From Marsupella aquatica (taxonomy: Eukaryota > Plantae > Marchantiophyta), in NCBI GenBank assembly GCA_973895155.1, contig OZ316893.1:10359660-10423659 (forward strand): a stretch of 64,000 nucleotides of DNA. Direction: 5' to 3'. This document shows positions 12,054-24,383 of this stretch, one piece after another (position 1 is the stretch's first letter; each line of letters starts with the position of its first letter). The notes beneath the pieces were generated by a model that was given only the letters and a program-made list of their open reading frames with translations, ran no database searches and was not told the DNA's origin. The position numbers and the translations under genes are program-made.

Positions 12054-15000
12054 TCAAGTTCTCTTGCCTTTAGACCCATTCATCCCTTTTTTTGACGGAC
12101 CTTTAGCCATATTGCCTTTCTTTTTCATAGGCTTGCCTCCTCTACCAACTTTCCCATCTCCACGCTGCCGAAGATCTTTTTTCATTCTTCTATCAACTAC
12201 AACTCGGCCTTTACCACCTTTGGCACCTACACCACCTTTCTTGGCGACCACAATTTCCCGCTTCACCTTCTTCGGAGCAGCACTTGCTTTGGCGTATAGT
12301 CTCTCCATCTGTCTACCCTTTGCCTTTGATGACAAGTCATCTTGGTCTGCAATTGCAGTTGCCTTCTGACGAACCTGCTCTAGTTTCTTCACGGCCCTCC
12401 GTTTCTTCCTGGCTTTAGCCTCAGCCACCTTTCTTACAGGGCGGGCATTGATTTCCCTAAACTGGACTTTCATAGCTTCAACCTCCTCTTTCGTGACAGG
12501 TTTCATTGGTTGTGAATGCTTTCTCTCATCTTCGGCAAACCATCGTGGTAAATTGTCATCATCAAAGGTAAACCTATTGTAAGCATCATCCAAAATTGAT
12601 TCCCGGCTCTTCTTGCGAAGCATTTTCTTGGCATAAGCAAGAGTCTCAGCTTTTGCATTGTCGTTCAAATCACTATCATCATCTGAAGACGAGTCATCAG
12701 AACCACTGGCCTCCGCAGGGACAACCTCAAAACCAACATCATCCTCAGTTACTCCCGCACTTGGTTCCCTCCTATCTGACTCTGAGCTCTTAGTAGTCCA
12801 ATTGCTTTTCAAAATTTCGGCCTTTTTGTCCTTCCTTTTCGCTATCTCCTCTAGCTGTTTATCCTCAAGTCGCGCATTCAAGTCGGCAAAGATGTCTTGA
12901 CTGAACCATTTGTCAACCACTTGATCCTTGGTAGGCTTCATTTCATCCATAAAGTCCACCAAGAGTGGATTTTTCTCATCAACCGAGGGTTTTGCAGCTC
13001 CACGTTTCTGTATGCTTAAAGGTATCTCTCCTTCTTCCTGAAATAGACGAGTCAAAATCAACGATCAAAAGGAAATCAAAGTATCTAAGCATCCATCTCT
13101 CCTGAAAATTATGAACTCTAATTTCACAGATTCAACCTCTTTGCTTTGGAGAATAGAACTCATCAAACAACAAACTGGTCAGTGGACAAACCATATTGCC
13201 TACCAAAGCTTAAAACAAGCTTCCTCATCTGGAAAGCTAAGTTCTAGTTCAACAAACAATCACATACCTCCCAAAGTTCTCCATTCTTGTCTGCATTTGC
13301 CAGCTTAGCACGCTTCCGACGAGCCGTGCTCCCATCCGTGGACTTACGGTAGACATCATAGGCTTCTTCTAGGTATTCGTCAAGCTCCGCATCATACCTA
13401 GATTACAGCAGCACATGCAAGCGATAAGAGTTTTACATTTGCTGTCACAGGCCTGGACTGTAAGATCTAATCAATCATCACAAATTTCCATGGTAATTAT
13501 CGATGTAACAACACAATAGCGCTTGGAAAGGTAAGTGTTTTGGACTGAAAAATAGAAGAATGAAGGTCAAAAGTTTGTAGTACCTTTGCCGTTCCTCCTC
13601 GGAATCATAATCACTGTCGTCTTCAATCCCACTTTTTGCAGAACGTGAGTGATTTAGAATATCATCATCACTAAAGTACTCTTCCCCGTCGTCCTCTGAT
13701 GAAGGAGCATCTTCAATGCGAGCCAGATCCTTCTTAGCCTGCAGTAAAAATCTCCAGTTATTATGCCCTTTCATGAATCATATTTCATTGTTAAGTAATT
13801 CGTCACTGTGAGCGTGCAAGTGATGAGGCCATGGAAGAAACGAGTCTTTATCCAATAGGACCAGTATGGAACATCGACACATCCAGGCAATCCATTAAGA
13901 TCCGTCCAAAATGGACACTCCGACGACTACAGGCACTTTATAAAGTGTACGCTCCAAGCAGACACCTGGAGAGAATTGCCCGAAATGCCATGAGTGCCAA
14001 TCTGGTCAAGAAAACAACAGCCAATACCTTTATCGCAGCCAGGCCAAAAAGATCTTCATCACCATACTGATCCTCCATGACATCGACTTGCATCCCTGTC
14101 GATGTACGAGCCTTTGCCTACCAGAAAACAGACAAAACAACCACGAAAGATTTGAGACAACGCCAAACTTCATACTCAACACAGCAAAACACCAATGTTG
14201 GTACTCATTCGATTTGTTCTGTATTCAATCAAAAATCGCTAGAGTCAACACTAACGAGGATCAGAAGGAACAGTTATTACTATTAGGAGTTGTTAAGGTT
14301 AGGCTAAGCACACAACTAAGAAAGACGATCCCATGGTATTGTATATGTCATTCTACCTTGGCCTTGCGCTTTCCAGCCAACTTTTTGGCTTTCCGCTTTT
14401 TGGCTTCCATGGCTTCTCGAAGTTCTTCCATTTCTGTAAGCAGAGTCTCCTCATCGTCAAGCTTTGGGGCTTCCGCTGTATCTTTAGGTTTCTTGACATC
14501 ATCTTCGTCCTCCGAGGGTTTGAGATCATCCCGGACCTTTAAGCGCCATCTATATATTTCCCCAAATGTCACAAAGTTGGAAATTGGAGAACTGATTCGT
14601 CCTTGCCGAACAATAACCGAAATCAAAATTGAAACAATAGACAGATACAGAAAAAAGTATGTAGTTTGAACAATCGTAGGACTCAATAGCATGTCCAAAC
14701 AGCAGTCACCAAGTAGGAACAACCTCTTCTGGAGCTTCAAAGCTAATCTCTCTATGGAAAGAAGTGTGCAAAGTTGCACTTTCACTCACTTGAGGATCTG
14801 TTTAAACTCTTGCTTTCCTAAAACACGAAGGTCCTCGCACAATGTTTTAACCTGGAAAATGAAGCATGCCAGTCAATTGAAATGTCTTGGAATACAGCAA
14901 TTTGAAAATATTGAACACCACCCGTACTTCTCATTCTACTACAGTAAGCTATCGGAAGAGCTGAACAAGAAGCTCACGACATTTGCTAATAGAAATTATT

Positions 15001-17593
15001 GAGATTCTTATGTGACACCGAGAAAATCAATCGCTCACACGCAAGCGTGGCAAAACTGCTCCTATCAATCAATTCTATTCCTCATCGAAGAACGAAATGT
15101 GTAAATCTGATTGACAAACACAGCAGATACTAGCTGAATCAAATTACCGAACACATGACAACGCGCAGTCTGTTACCCATAACATACGGTTTGGCCTAAC
15201 GGGCGGGCAGATCTCGAAGTTCGTAGCATACCTCCTTCGTTGTCAGAGGATGGTCCCTGATTGGCTGAGAAGAGTCGTCTTCAAATGTTATGGAATTGAT
15301 AGTTCCCAGCAAATCCAAAGGCTTTTCAGCCAATACAAATTCGGAGGCCGTGCATTCTTTAAAAAGAAGTGTTTTCCCATCTTCGTATCTGGAACCAGGA
15401 GTGAAACAAAATCCATCACATACGAGTTGCTAGATTCACGTACAAGCAAGTCATTCAAAATTGAATTCCCTTCACACTTCAGTCTTAGCTCAAGCATACC
15501 GGATTCAGAGGTTAATTCCAACTGCTCTACCGATGTACCAGTCATTCTATATACTCTCTCGACTTTCTGATAAAACATTCATACCAATTCTGGACGCTTC
15601 TCAAATATAACACCTTACCCTTCTCTGTGGCGTTTTTGTTTACTCCCTCGGAGGACATCCACCACCTAGCCACGAAAAGAATGTCAAATTCTCAGTTTGC
15701 CACAATCGACTAATCACCCAAGTTTAGGGAGCGAAATACAAGACTCGTGGAGAGATAAAATACTACAAATCAAACCGTGAGGATCTAGCACCTAAGGGGC
15801 GTCCAAAGAAGAGAGACCACTCAAACGATTGTCGTTAATGACTAGTAGTAATTGCAGAGAAAGCAACGGAGAAGCAGGGTTGTACCTTTGGAGCCTCAAC
15901 CACTTCTTGAAAAAGATGACGGGAATCCAAAAGCCGTGGATCAATTTTACCAGGAGCTCGATATTTCAATCCAATCACATAGATTTCTGCTGATGTTGCA
16001 CGACTGGCAACTGGCTTTGTAACTTCTACTTTATCGAACAACTGTAATAGATTCGAACACATTAGCTCGAGAAACGCATCAAAGAATGGGGTAAACCTTG
16101 CAATCTTGTAAGAAACCTCAAGAAGAAGAGCTAGGGGCCGCTAACAAGAAATGAAGAACTGGGATTCAGATCAAGCATCCAAAATCTGTGTATGATGAAA
16201 GCCTGTAGAGAGAAGATGATGAGTTGACCTGTTTAAAGGCATAGAGAAGGGCAGTGTAATCTTGGGAGCGAAAAACCTGCATAGCAACAAACACTCCATC
16301 TCAGCAAAGGTTTGCAAGTAGTTGCCAGAAACTGAAAAGTTCTTAAGCCGGATACCGAAATTGTATTGTATGACCTCACAAAACGATCTCATCCACGTTA
16401 AAGTTCCAGAAAATAGAATTATAGCCCGTTATTGATGAGGGGAATTCATACCTTGGTAACAAAGGTACCCCCAGGTGCAAGAAACTCGACTGCAAGCTTG
16501 AGAGAATCTAGCACCAATGCTGCCTGCAGCAGTGTCCAATAAATTTCCATGGTCAATGATGTCACCAGATACAAAGCAAGTGAATCCAATATTAATTCAC
16601 TGCTCACCGCTCGACACAACTCTATCAAAGTCCCCACATATACATTCTGCTACAAGTGGCACCCTTAATTTTATGCTTTATCAATTCTGATAACTAAAAT
16701 GTAGACTAGGAACTGGAAACTGGGATACTCCGACCTGACCCTAAAGTCGATTGACACAAACTTCCCAACGACTTCTCCGCCTTCCGACTGTAGGTTCACC
16801 TTCATCAGACTACGACATCGGCTACACTCTGGTTCCCACTTTCAGATGCTTGAGAACTAAAACATACAGAAAATTTACAGGACAGGGTGCAACTCATACC
16901 AGGCCAATATACCAGAAGAAAGCTTGGCCCATGCTAAGCACTTTAACCTCCCTTTCCCACGGAAAAACAAATCTAGAAGTGAACCGCCCCATAAAGCTTG
17001 ACATGGTCAAAGAGATTGGAAGAGGAAGATATGCTGAATGAGGCATGAACGCAGCAAAAGGCGCAACCATCTCCTTCACCGCAAACCTGTACACTAAACC
17101 CTAGATCCCAAACCCTAAACCCTAAGCCCTGCCGCTGAACCGAAGACCCCAACCCCTCCTAATCAATTTTGGCCGTTACCTGAGACGTCGCCTCGGAACT
17201 CCATGCACCACCAACATTAGGTGATCCGTCGTGCAAAACGACTTGTAAGACATTATGCCCTTGTTCTTTCATCAGTTTTTTAATTGCAGCCTTGCATTTG
17301 ACTGTAGTAATATCTTCCTGGAGAGTAAAAGCCCCCCGAATTGGCCTGATGGGCACCAAATCTACCCCAATAATGAGGCTTCCCACCGGCATATGCTTCG
17401 CAGCGACTTGCATCCATCCTCCTGGCGCAGCACACAAATCTAGAACAGAGTGCGCCTTCTCTAGAATGCGAAATTTCCGATCTAGCTGTACCAGCTTGAA
17501 GGCGGCTCGCGACCTAAAACCCTGCTCCTTTGCCAAAAAGTAAAATTTATCCAACCGCCCCTTCCCCGTCGTCTTCGTCTTATGCTTACCCAT
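12054..17593 (-). CDS. SPB1: AdoMet-dependent rRNA 2'-O-methyltransferase Spb1/FTSJ3, ~835 aa
   Basis: Twelve exons (17593-17180, 16523-16452, 16276-16229, 16041-15886, 15665-15619, 15388-15232, 14851-14790, 14549-14357, 14117-14028, 13738-13584, 13397-13268, 13037-12054) total 2508 nt, in frame. FtsJ motifs: [37 protein letters not shown]. Spb1_C motifs: [33 protein letters not shown]. Confidence 0.96.
17096..17124. promoter_or_regulatory. Telo-box cluster (AAACCCTA x3) at the 5' end of SPB1 intron 1
   Basis: AAACCCTA occurs at 17096, 17110 and 17117. Telo-boxes are typical of plant ribosome-biogenesis and translation genes. Confidence 0.55.
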
Positions 17594-20500
17594 CTTGCCC
17601 ACCGTCCGTAAACACTACGTATGTATTCAACAAGATAAGACTCTCACTCTGCAAGGTAGATCAAAGACTCGGAAAATCAATTCACGGAAATAAGAAATCC
17701 GATACAAGCAGATTTCCTCGTCAACCTACATTTCCCATCTCTGGTCGGATTTGTTTCTTGCACTGGTTAAATAACTGTGATCGGCATCTCGCCTCGTCAC
17801 GCTCACTAATTTCTGAGGTTTAATCATTATCCCAAATTCGGTCTGACTGGGAAAAATTTACAATCGCGTCTACCAGACGAAAGCCACAGTAGCGAAAACA
17901 CAAGATGGAGAGAGCGTGAGCAGAAAACGGAACGAGAAAGACAGCGAGATAAAACCTCACACGAATTTTAGGATCAGCGAGGCCACAATCGAAGACCTGG
18001 TCTGTCACTGAGAGCGAGAAGGTGCACATGGAATCATTCATGAGTGATACTTACCAGAATGAGTTGGGGAACTTCCTCAGGAGGTCTGTGGACGGCTGGC
18101 CTTCATGAAAGGTGCATTCACGATGCCCAACCTCTACAAGGAGCTCACATTACACACCATTGCAGCGTAAGCTCTGGTGCTCGGGCTGCAAGCTCTCGTC
18201 CCCTGCATTCTTTTCCTACTGTTGCTTCAGCCGCCAACACACCAAGACGGCGGATGGTGGCGGTGGTGGTGGTGGTAGGCTGAGGCCAGGGTTCCTTGGG
18301 AGAGGGGACACTCGACCCTCAGCTCTCCTACAATGCAGGAGCCCTCAAAGTACCTTACAGTCCTGTAAAGGGTGTCAAAGGTGCTACTGGCACCGGGAGT
18401 GTGTCAAGGATTATGGCAGTATGGTACACTGTTAGGTTCTGACCAGCTGTAGCCGAGAGCAACTGTGGAGGAACCCGGGAAGGGCTGGTAGAGAGTAGTA
18501 AGGGATGGCCAAGATCAATATTAATTTACAAGCCCTATGCCCGTGCCTTGCATGGTGCAAGGAGGGCTAGCCCATAGGGAGTTAGGCTGGGGCATTTATG
18601 GGGCAGCGGGAAGCACATATGAGCCAGGAGTGCACATTTCTTCCATCAATGGTCAGGGAAAACAGCTGATCGAATCCAATGGCTGCGGATCTTTAGGGTA
18701 TTGTATACCATGCCATATCGAAGATGGCTTGTCCGGGTGCTTGTCTACAAAAAACAAAAAAGCCGGGAGCAAATCCTACCTTTACCAAAAAATAGGTTCT
18801 TTTGCATAGTCAAATTTATCCACACAATGCTCCTGCCTCACTTGCCTGCCTGAGGTGCCCTATGCCGCTGCCTACCGCAATGAAAAAAAATTTAAGATTA
18901 GATATATTATTACAGAACAGAGAAAAACAAAGAAAAAATAATCGAAAGGTAGAATTCTCCCTCCTATTGCGTGACCTTGTAATTTGGACTCCACAACATC
19001 TTGGGCACCACTCCCCAGCAACAACAACCAACACAAATCCTCCTCACAACTAGTCCCAACTGCCAAGAGGACATCCAAGATGCCTAGGCCAGGGAAGGGT
19101 CCAGCATCAAACCCCATGACTTGAATAAGTTAAGCAGATGCCCTGCAATGAAGAAAGTTGGCCCTAAGAAGGAGAACCTCACTGTTCAAGCATATGTGAG
19201 GGGAGCAAAGCTTTGGTGGGCTATATCACTTCATTTGATAGGCGAGGTGTAGACCCTTTATCTTGGTAAAGCACTAGAGGAGGCTCGTTAATCAACAAGT
19301 ACCACCTCTAGGCCGTGGTCAGTCCTAGAATGCTTGGACCTGCTGTGGTAGGAGTAGAAACACAGACTCACCCAACCATAACTGAAGTTGTGGGTGTGAT
19401 CTCAAAGGAGATACCACAACAAATTGTCAATCTTACAACAAGGACTTTAAAGCACCATTGTCCATCACAAAATCTGCATCCACCAGGTTTCACCATTTTT
19501 AGTACATTTTTCCTTAAATTGTGGACCAGGTTTCACCATTTTTAGTACATTTTCCCTGAAATTTTTGGAGCAAAGTTTCATCCTAGAGGAGAAGATTGTG
19601 AAAAAGGGAGAAATATTGGACACTTCTCCTTTTTATATAGCCAGTGGTGGGTTATCGTGAGGTAGCTATGGTACACTCCTTGAGTTGGGGACGTTGTGCC
19701 ACCACAGTTAATCTCATATGCCTTGAAGTATCTGAACACAAATCTACATTTTGTGGCAGGCTTTTCGCATTTGAAGGAATAATACTAGTACTTGGAAATG
19801 AATGGCCACCATGATTGTTAGTGAATGATGGAGTTGAGGAGGACTCCGCCACAATTATAGCTATGGTCTCGACAGATGACCTTGCCATCCAAGACCGTGT
19901 CATCCTTTCGCACCTATGGAACGTGAAGTTGTTACCCAGGTCTATGGGACATGAAAGTATCAGCTCTTGCAATCTTCATCGGTATGGTCTTGAAACGTCT
20001 ACTCGGAGGAATTTGGGGATTTTTGAAACACGTATTTGTTCAAATTCATTAGAAACTGGCCTGCCTTGAACCGTGTCAACATTACTTGTGTGTCACGCTC
20101 TAGAGCTTGCCTGTGACATTTGGCAGTCTGCACAACTTCAGAGGATCTTCAATCTGAAAAATTGCTTGGGTACCCAGGTTCCTCAATCTTTAGTTACCTA
20201 TCTGCACTGAAACACCTTGAGTGCGACCATTGGGACAAACTGCCCTTCCCTTCCCTTCGCCTGCCTGTCTGTTTTGAAGGATCTAACAACTGAAATTTGT
20301 CGCGGCAGTGCACACCCTTTAACTCCACAATTCGGTCATAAACTCAAGATGCATTGAGCACCTTCAGTTCCACCTTTGTGACCAGTGTCGTTACTGATTC
20401 ATTTAGAATGCCATTTTATGTGTTGCCTGACTCGTCTGGAAACTGCCTTGTTTAGGCATCTTGAGTTGATCGATCGTGGCAATTGGACCTCCATGACTAC

Positions 20501-20649
20501 CGTTTTCACGGAGTTGCAAGTTGGGAATCAGTGGATATTATCGTCTTACTCAAATCAAGGAGCTGCCCGACTCTCTGGAGAATCTCACTGCTCTTTGTCA
20601 TTTCAATTTTAACTTTGTTAGTAGTTAATAGGTAGGATTCCTGACTACA

Positions 20650-21006
20650 TGAAGAGTATGTAGTCGTTGCCAACTGTGGAGCTCAATTGGCTCTCTAAAG
20701 ACAACTAGAATCTTGATTCAATGAATGAATGTTTAAGGGAAACGGGGGTCCCACATATATACCCGTTGAGTGACAATCGATCAAGATACATCTAAGGGTA
20801 GAAGACAAAGACCTAAAGATCTACGGTACAGGCTAATAGCGTACATACAAGGAACTAGTGAATCATCACAATAGACGTACATCCGGATAATAAGGCGTGA
20901 AATCCGGGGAGTGGACTCAGATACATGTCTGAGTACAATCATGTATTAACACTTAGAAGCGCATGATACTTTGCACAATAGTCATGGGCCAAAGTAACTG
21001 TCAACA
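20650..21006 (-). repeat. Probable 3' LTR of a Ty1/Copia element
   Basis: On the minus strand a purine tract AGCGAGGGAGGG (21018-21007) abuts TGTTGA, and the segment ends ...CTCTTCA at 20650. The left boundary is less certain because the partner LTR is not in the window. Confidence 0.65.
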
Positions 21007-21087
21007 CCCTCCCTCGCTCTAAGTGTACACACGATCACATTGGAATTTCAGGAAAGATTCAATGGAGCCCAAATGTGATAGAATCAC

Positions 21088-21588
21088 GTGGGCAGCTTGG
21101 CTATACACAGGGATGTGGTTGTTGCTGACAACCCTGATAGAAATTGTACACGTTTTGATCGTAAGCTGTGGCAGCTTGAGAAGGAGTTGTCTGAGAAGGT
21201 AGGACATGAAACCAAACTAGATAGAAGTGTACGAAAGCTGGAACCATTGAGAGATGTCACAATAATAGAGCAAATTCTCAATCGATTGAGAAAGCAGGTA
21301 GAGCCATCGGAGCTGCTGTCGTATAGACGAATTAGTAGAGCCTGGTATCAAGCAGTGAATCATACAGCGGAATGGATGGCCTTTGCTTGGGTGAAGTGGG
21401 AAATTGCACATGGTGAATGTAAAACTAGGCAACAACAAATTTGATTGTACTGGCTGCATCTCAAGGATATTCGAAAGGAGATAGACAACCAAGAGGACTC
21501 CATAAGAACCAGCATGAGTGATAGGAACGCAAGAAGTAAGAAGTGTGATGTTGGTACTCAGTATGATCTTCGTCGGGAATACAGCTAA
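21088..21588 (+). pseudogene. Antisense accessory ORF with an F-box-like motif in the Copia 3' region (one internal TGA at 21442)
   Basis: LRDVTIIEQILNRL...ELLSYRRISRAWYQAV resembles an F-box. The frame stays open for 47 more codons after the TGA, to TAA at 21586-21588. Confidence 0.45.
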
Positions 21589-21936
21589 GGTCCAGGACTC
21601 CAATGGCAGAACGGTGTCTTTCAAAATGAGGTCGGGACAAGGCCTTGGTTAGTACATCAGCAGGTTGAAGATCTGTTGGGATGTACATAAGGTTGATTTC
21701 CCCCTCAAGGACGCGTTCCCGAACAAAGTGATGATGGACTTCTATATGTTTCGTTCGAGCATGGAAAACTGGATTTCGGGCAAGCTTGATGGCGCCTTCA
21801 TTGTGACAATGAAGGGTTGGTTGAGATGAAGGAAGAGCATCAAGAATGTGGTGATCCTTACATTTTAATGTGACTTCAATATCGGGGATGAGCCGAAGTT
21901 CAAGAAGCAGACGGCGGATGTAAACAGCTTCTTGTG
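21461..21936 (-). mobile_element. Ty1/Copia pol C-terminus (RNase H), truncated by the CACTA-A insertion
   Basis: Reads AQEAVYIRRLLLEL...HNEGAIKLARNPVFHARTKHIEVHHHFVRERVLEGEINLMYIPTDLQPADVLTKAL. The frame is cut exactly at CACTA 21937. Confidence 0.92.
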
Positions 21937-23543
21937 CACTAGTAGGATTTCAGCATTTAATGACTACAAGAGTAATGACTCATTGTCATATATGACTTTA
22001 TGGCAAGGTGAATGACAGCTTAGTTTCAAAGTCATTTGTGTTTGTAACCAATGACTTCCATGAATGACTTACGCAATGAAATGACATGCTTAAGTCATTG
22101 AAGACAAAACAAAGTTGACTGATCCCAGGTGTCAAAATGAAGTTATTTAGGACACATATTGGTCTTGGAAATTGTGTGCAAATGGAAATATCTACCTACA
22201 ACAACAAAGGCCGTCCGAAGCTAAGGCAATTCATCTTGGATAAACCCCGGGATAAACCCAAGTGTACAAGGCCAGACAAAACCCAATTGCAGTGAGGTTG
22301 AAATAGTTTGGGCGTAGGGAGTGGGTAGGGGGTCTATATTGGAGGGAGGCCTTATCCTGGTGTCATTTGCACAGGTATTCCTGGCCAGTGACTCATTTGA
22401 CTAAACCACAAGGAATTCGTAGACTTCAATAATATTTAATACCTATGCAATCAATCGTGCCCGTGAAGAGTTCTATGCGAAGGGTTAAAATTGAAAAGGT
22501 TTCCCACTTTTATTATGACCATAAATTCCTGTGAACATTATTAAGCTACTGTAGAATAGACTCTATAATAGTTTGTCTACTTAGGCTGAGTTTGGTCTAT
22601 TCACTTTCAGCTGTCTAGGTTACATTGTCTTCAGCTGTCTAGACCAAATATTGTCTTCAGCTATGTACACTAACTAGATTGTGCCCAATTCACTTTTTCT
22701 GAAACTAGAAACTACTGAATGATTCTGAAGAACAGAGGAATCCATTTACACTTTCACTTCTGACATTGAGAAGTTCCCAGGTATGATCATGTAAAAAGTT
22801 CTTGCACTTTATTGAAGAGAAAACTGAGAATGATCCGGGCTCATGTGACAGAGGAATAAACGTCATCATTCCACCAGCCTATTCTTGCAACTTGAAATTG
22901 GAACCCTAATCTATAATTCCACGCAAGGCTATAGCAAATGTCTAGCTAGGTCTATTCTAGCAATCTAATTTCAAGTCGTCATGCATCATATGGATGAACA
23001 TGAAGAATCTACTCTGGCTACTATAATCATTACGTACTCTGCCTACCATAGTCTACTACTTAATCTGGCTGCTTTCTTCATAATTGACTGATTGCTGAAT
23101 TACTATGTCCAGCAGTCTCCCTTGCTCCCCCATACTTTTTTCAGGGATGAATACAATTTTACCTGCGCGCAGGCAATATAGAACAAAAGAGAGAAGGTGC
23201 ACGAAAGAAATTAAATGACGGCCAGGCTTCACAAAAACCAAACTAAAAGGGACGAATGTCCCAACTACTCCTTCAATTCACAACACCTGTGAAACAAACA
23301 CCAGCTTGACTGCCCACTTTGACTCCATTCCTCAACGCGCGGGGGGGGAGGGGACGCAGGGCGGTGGTGCTCCAGAAATTAGAAAATAGTAGCAATCTCA
23401 AAAGAGACCAAGCCATAGCTTCACTTCTACTACCATAGGCAGTACCTACTGTCTACTGGGCCACACTCAAAATGCAGTGTAGATTGAAACATCCCCGAAT
23501 TCTGTTAAAAGCTCATACCAAAAATTGATTGTCAAGCGAGATG

Positions 23544-24383
23544 TCAAGTGTTGCTACAGAAAATCTCCTCACAACAAATGCATTGATAGACTTCATGGCC
23601 AGCTCGATCAATGCCAAGAATCTCCAAATTATATCTATGTGGCGTTGGGGCCCCTTCGTCCACACGCTGTTGTATAGCAGAAGTTGCAATGTCAAACTCC
23701 CTTTCGAACCATTCAATTGCAGCTAATTTTGTCTTGAAAGATTTGTGTTTTTGCCCTGGGTAGCCATTAACCTGTCGTTCAGCTTCTGGCCAAGTCCTGT
23801 AAATGCCTGGATTGCGTCCAATTGGAACCGCATAGTATTTGGTTCTTGAAATAATTCCTAAATTGCAATTGTAAGGATGCGAAATAGCCAATGCTGGGCA
23901 AAATTGAGAGTTGATGCTCATAAATGATGTTGCAGCATCCTTATTTCTTGACTGTAGATGTTGGAATCTAGTTTGAGTAGCAGCGTAAGAGTAATTAGAC
24001 CTACATTCCACTTGAACATGCTCCTTCACTTGGAGACTCTGACCTCGAACATGGGAACGGTCCGTCTCTCCGTGTAGAGAGCCTACTCTCTGACAAAAGT
24101 CACTATCCAAGGACTCTAGGGCGGCATGGTCCTCAAATTTCATTGCCAGAACTCTCTCACGGGGACCCTGGACATGGGAATGCTCTGTCAGGTTGTGGAC
24201 ATCGGGGACTCCAAAGAAAAATTCTTTCTCACCGGAATCGCCAAGTTGAGCAGGCTTCTTCTTCTTCTTCTTCAATGCCGGGGTTGGCGGAGCTTCCTTT
24301 CTCACTACTGCAGGAGCGTTCTCCATGTGCTCTACCAGCAGATTGCAAAGCCCATCTAAGTGTTCATGCAAAAATCGCAACAC
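23544..24383 (-). CDS. CACTA-A-borne ORF with an RNase H1 N-terminal hybrid-binding (Cauli_VI-like) domain and a basic NLS-like run
   Basis: KYYAVPIGRNPGIYRTWPEAERQVNGYPGQKHKSFKTKLAAIEWF matches the YAVxxGRxxGIYxTWxExxxQVxGYxGxxHKSF consensus. A KKKKKK run lies upstream. Exon structure is unresolved. Confidence 0.7.
   Translation of the reverse strand: MLRFLHEHLDGLCNLLVEHMENAPAVVRKEAPPTPALKKKKKKPAQLGDSGEKEFFFGVPDVHNLTEHSHVQGPRERVLAMKFEDHAALESLDSDFCQRVGSLHGETDRSHVRGQSLQVKEHVQVECRSNYSYAATQTRFQHLQSRNKDAATSFMSINSQFCPALAISHPYNCNLGIISRTKYYAVPIGRNPGIYRTWPEAERQVNGYPGQKHKSFKTKLAAIEWFEREFDIATSAIQQRVDEGAPTPHRYNLEILGIDRAGHEVYQCICCEEIFCSNT

Noticed and set aside
11956-12900. Plus-strand ORFs over the last SPB1 exon (and similar antisense ORFs over the transposases)
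   Set aside because: Shadow frames of real coding sequence on the opposite strand.
12054-17593. Intronic snoRNAs in SPB1
   Set aside because: No convincing C/D box pair with a terminal stem was seen by eye; an Infernal/Rfam scan would be needed.
18112-18435. Cys-rich ORF resembling a MYND finger (CKGCQRCYWHREC)
   Set aside because: The ligand spacing is incomplete and there is no supportable gene structure.
19600-20400. Possible LINE remnant (RVDVSRP-like peptide on the minus strand)
   Set aside because: A single weak motif, with no RT, endonuclease or poly(A) evidence.
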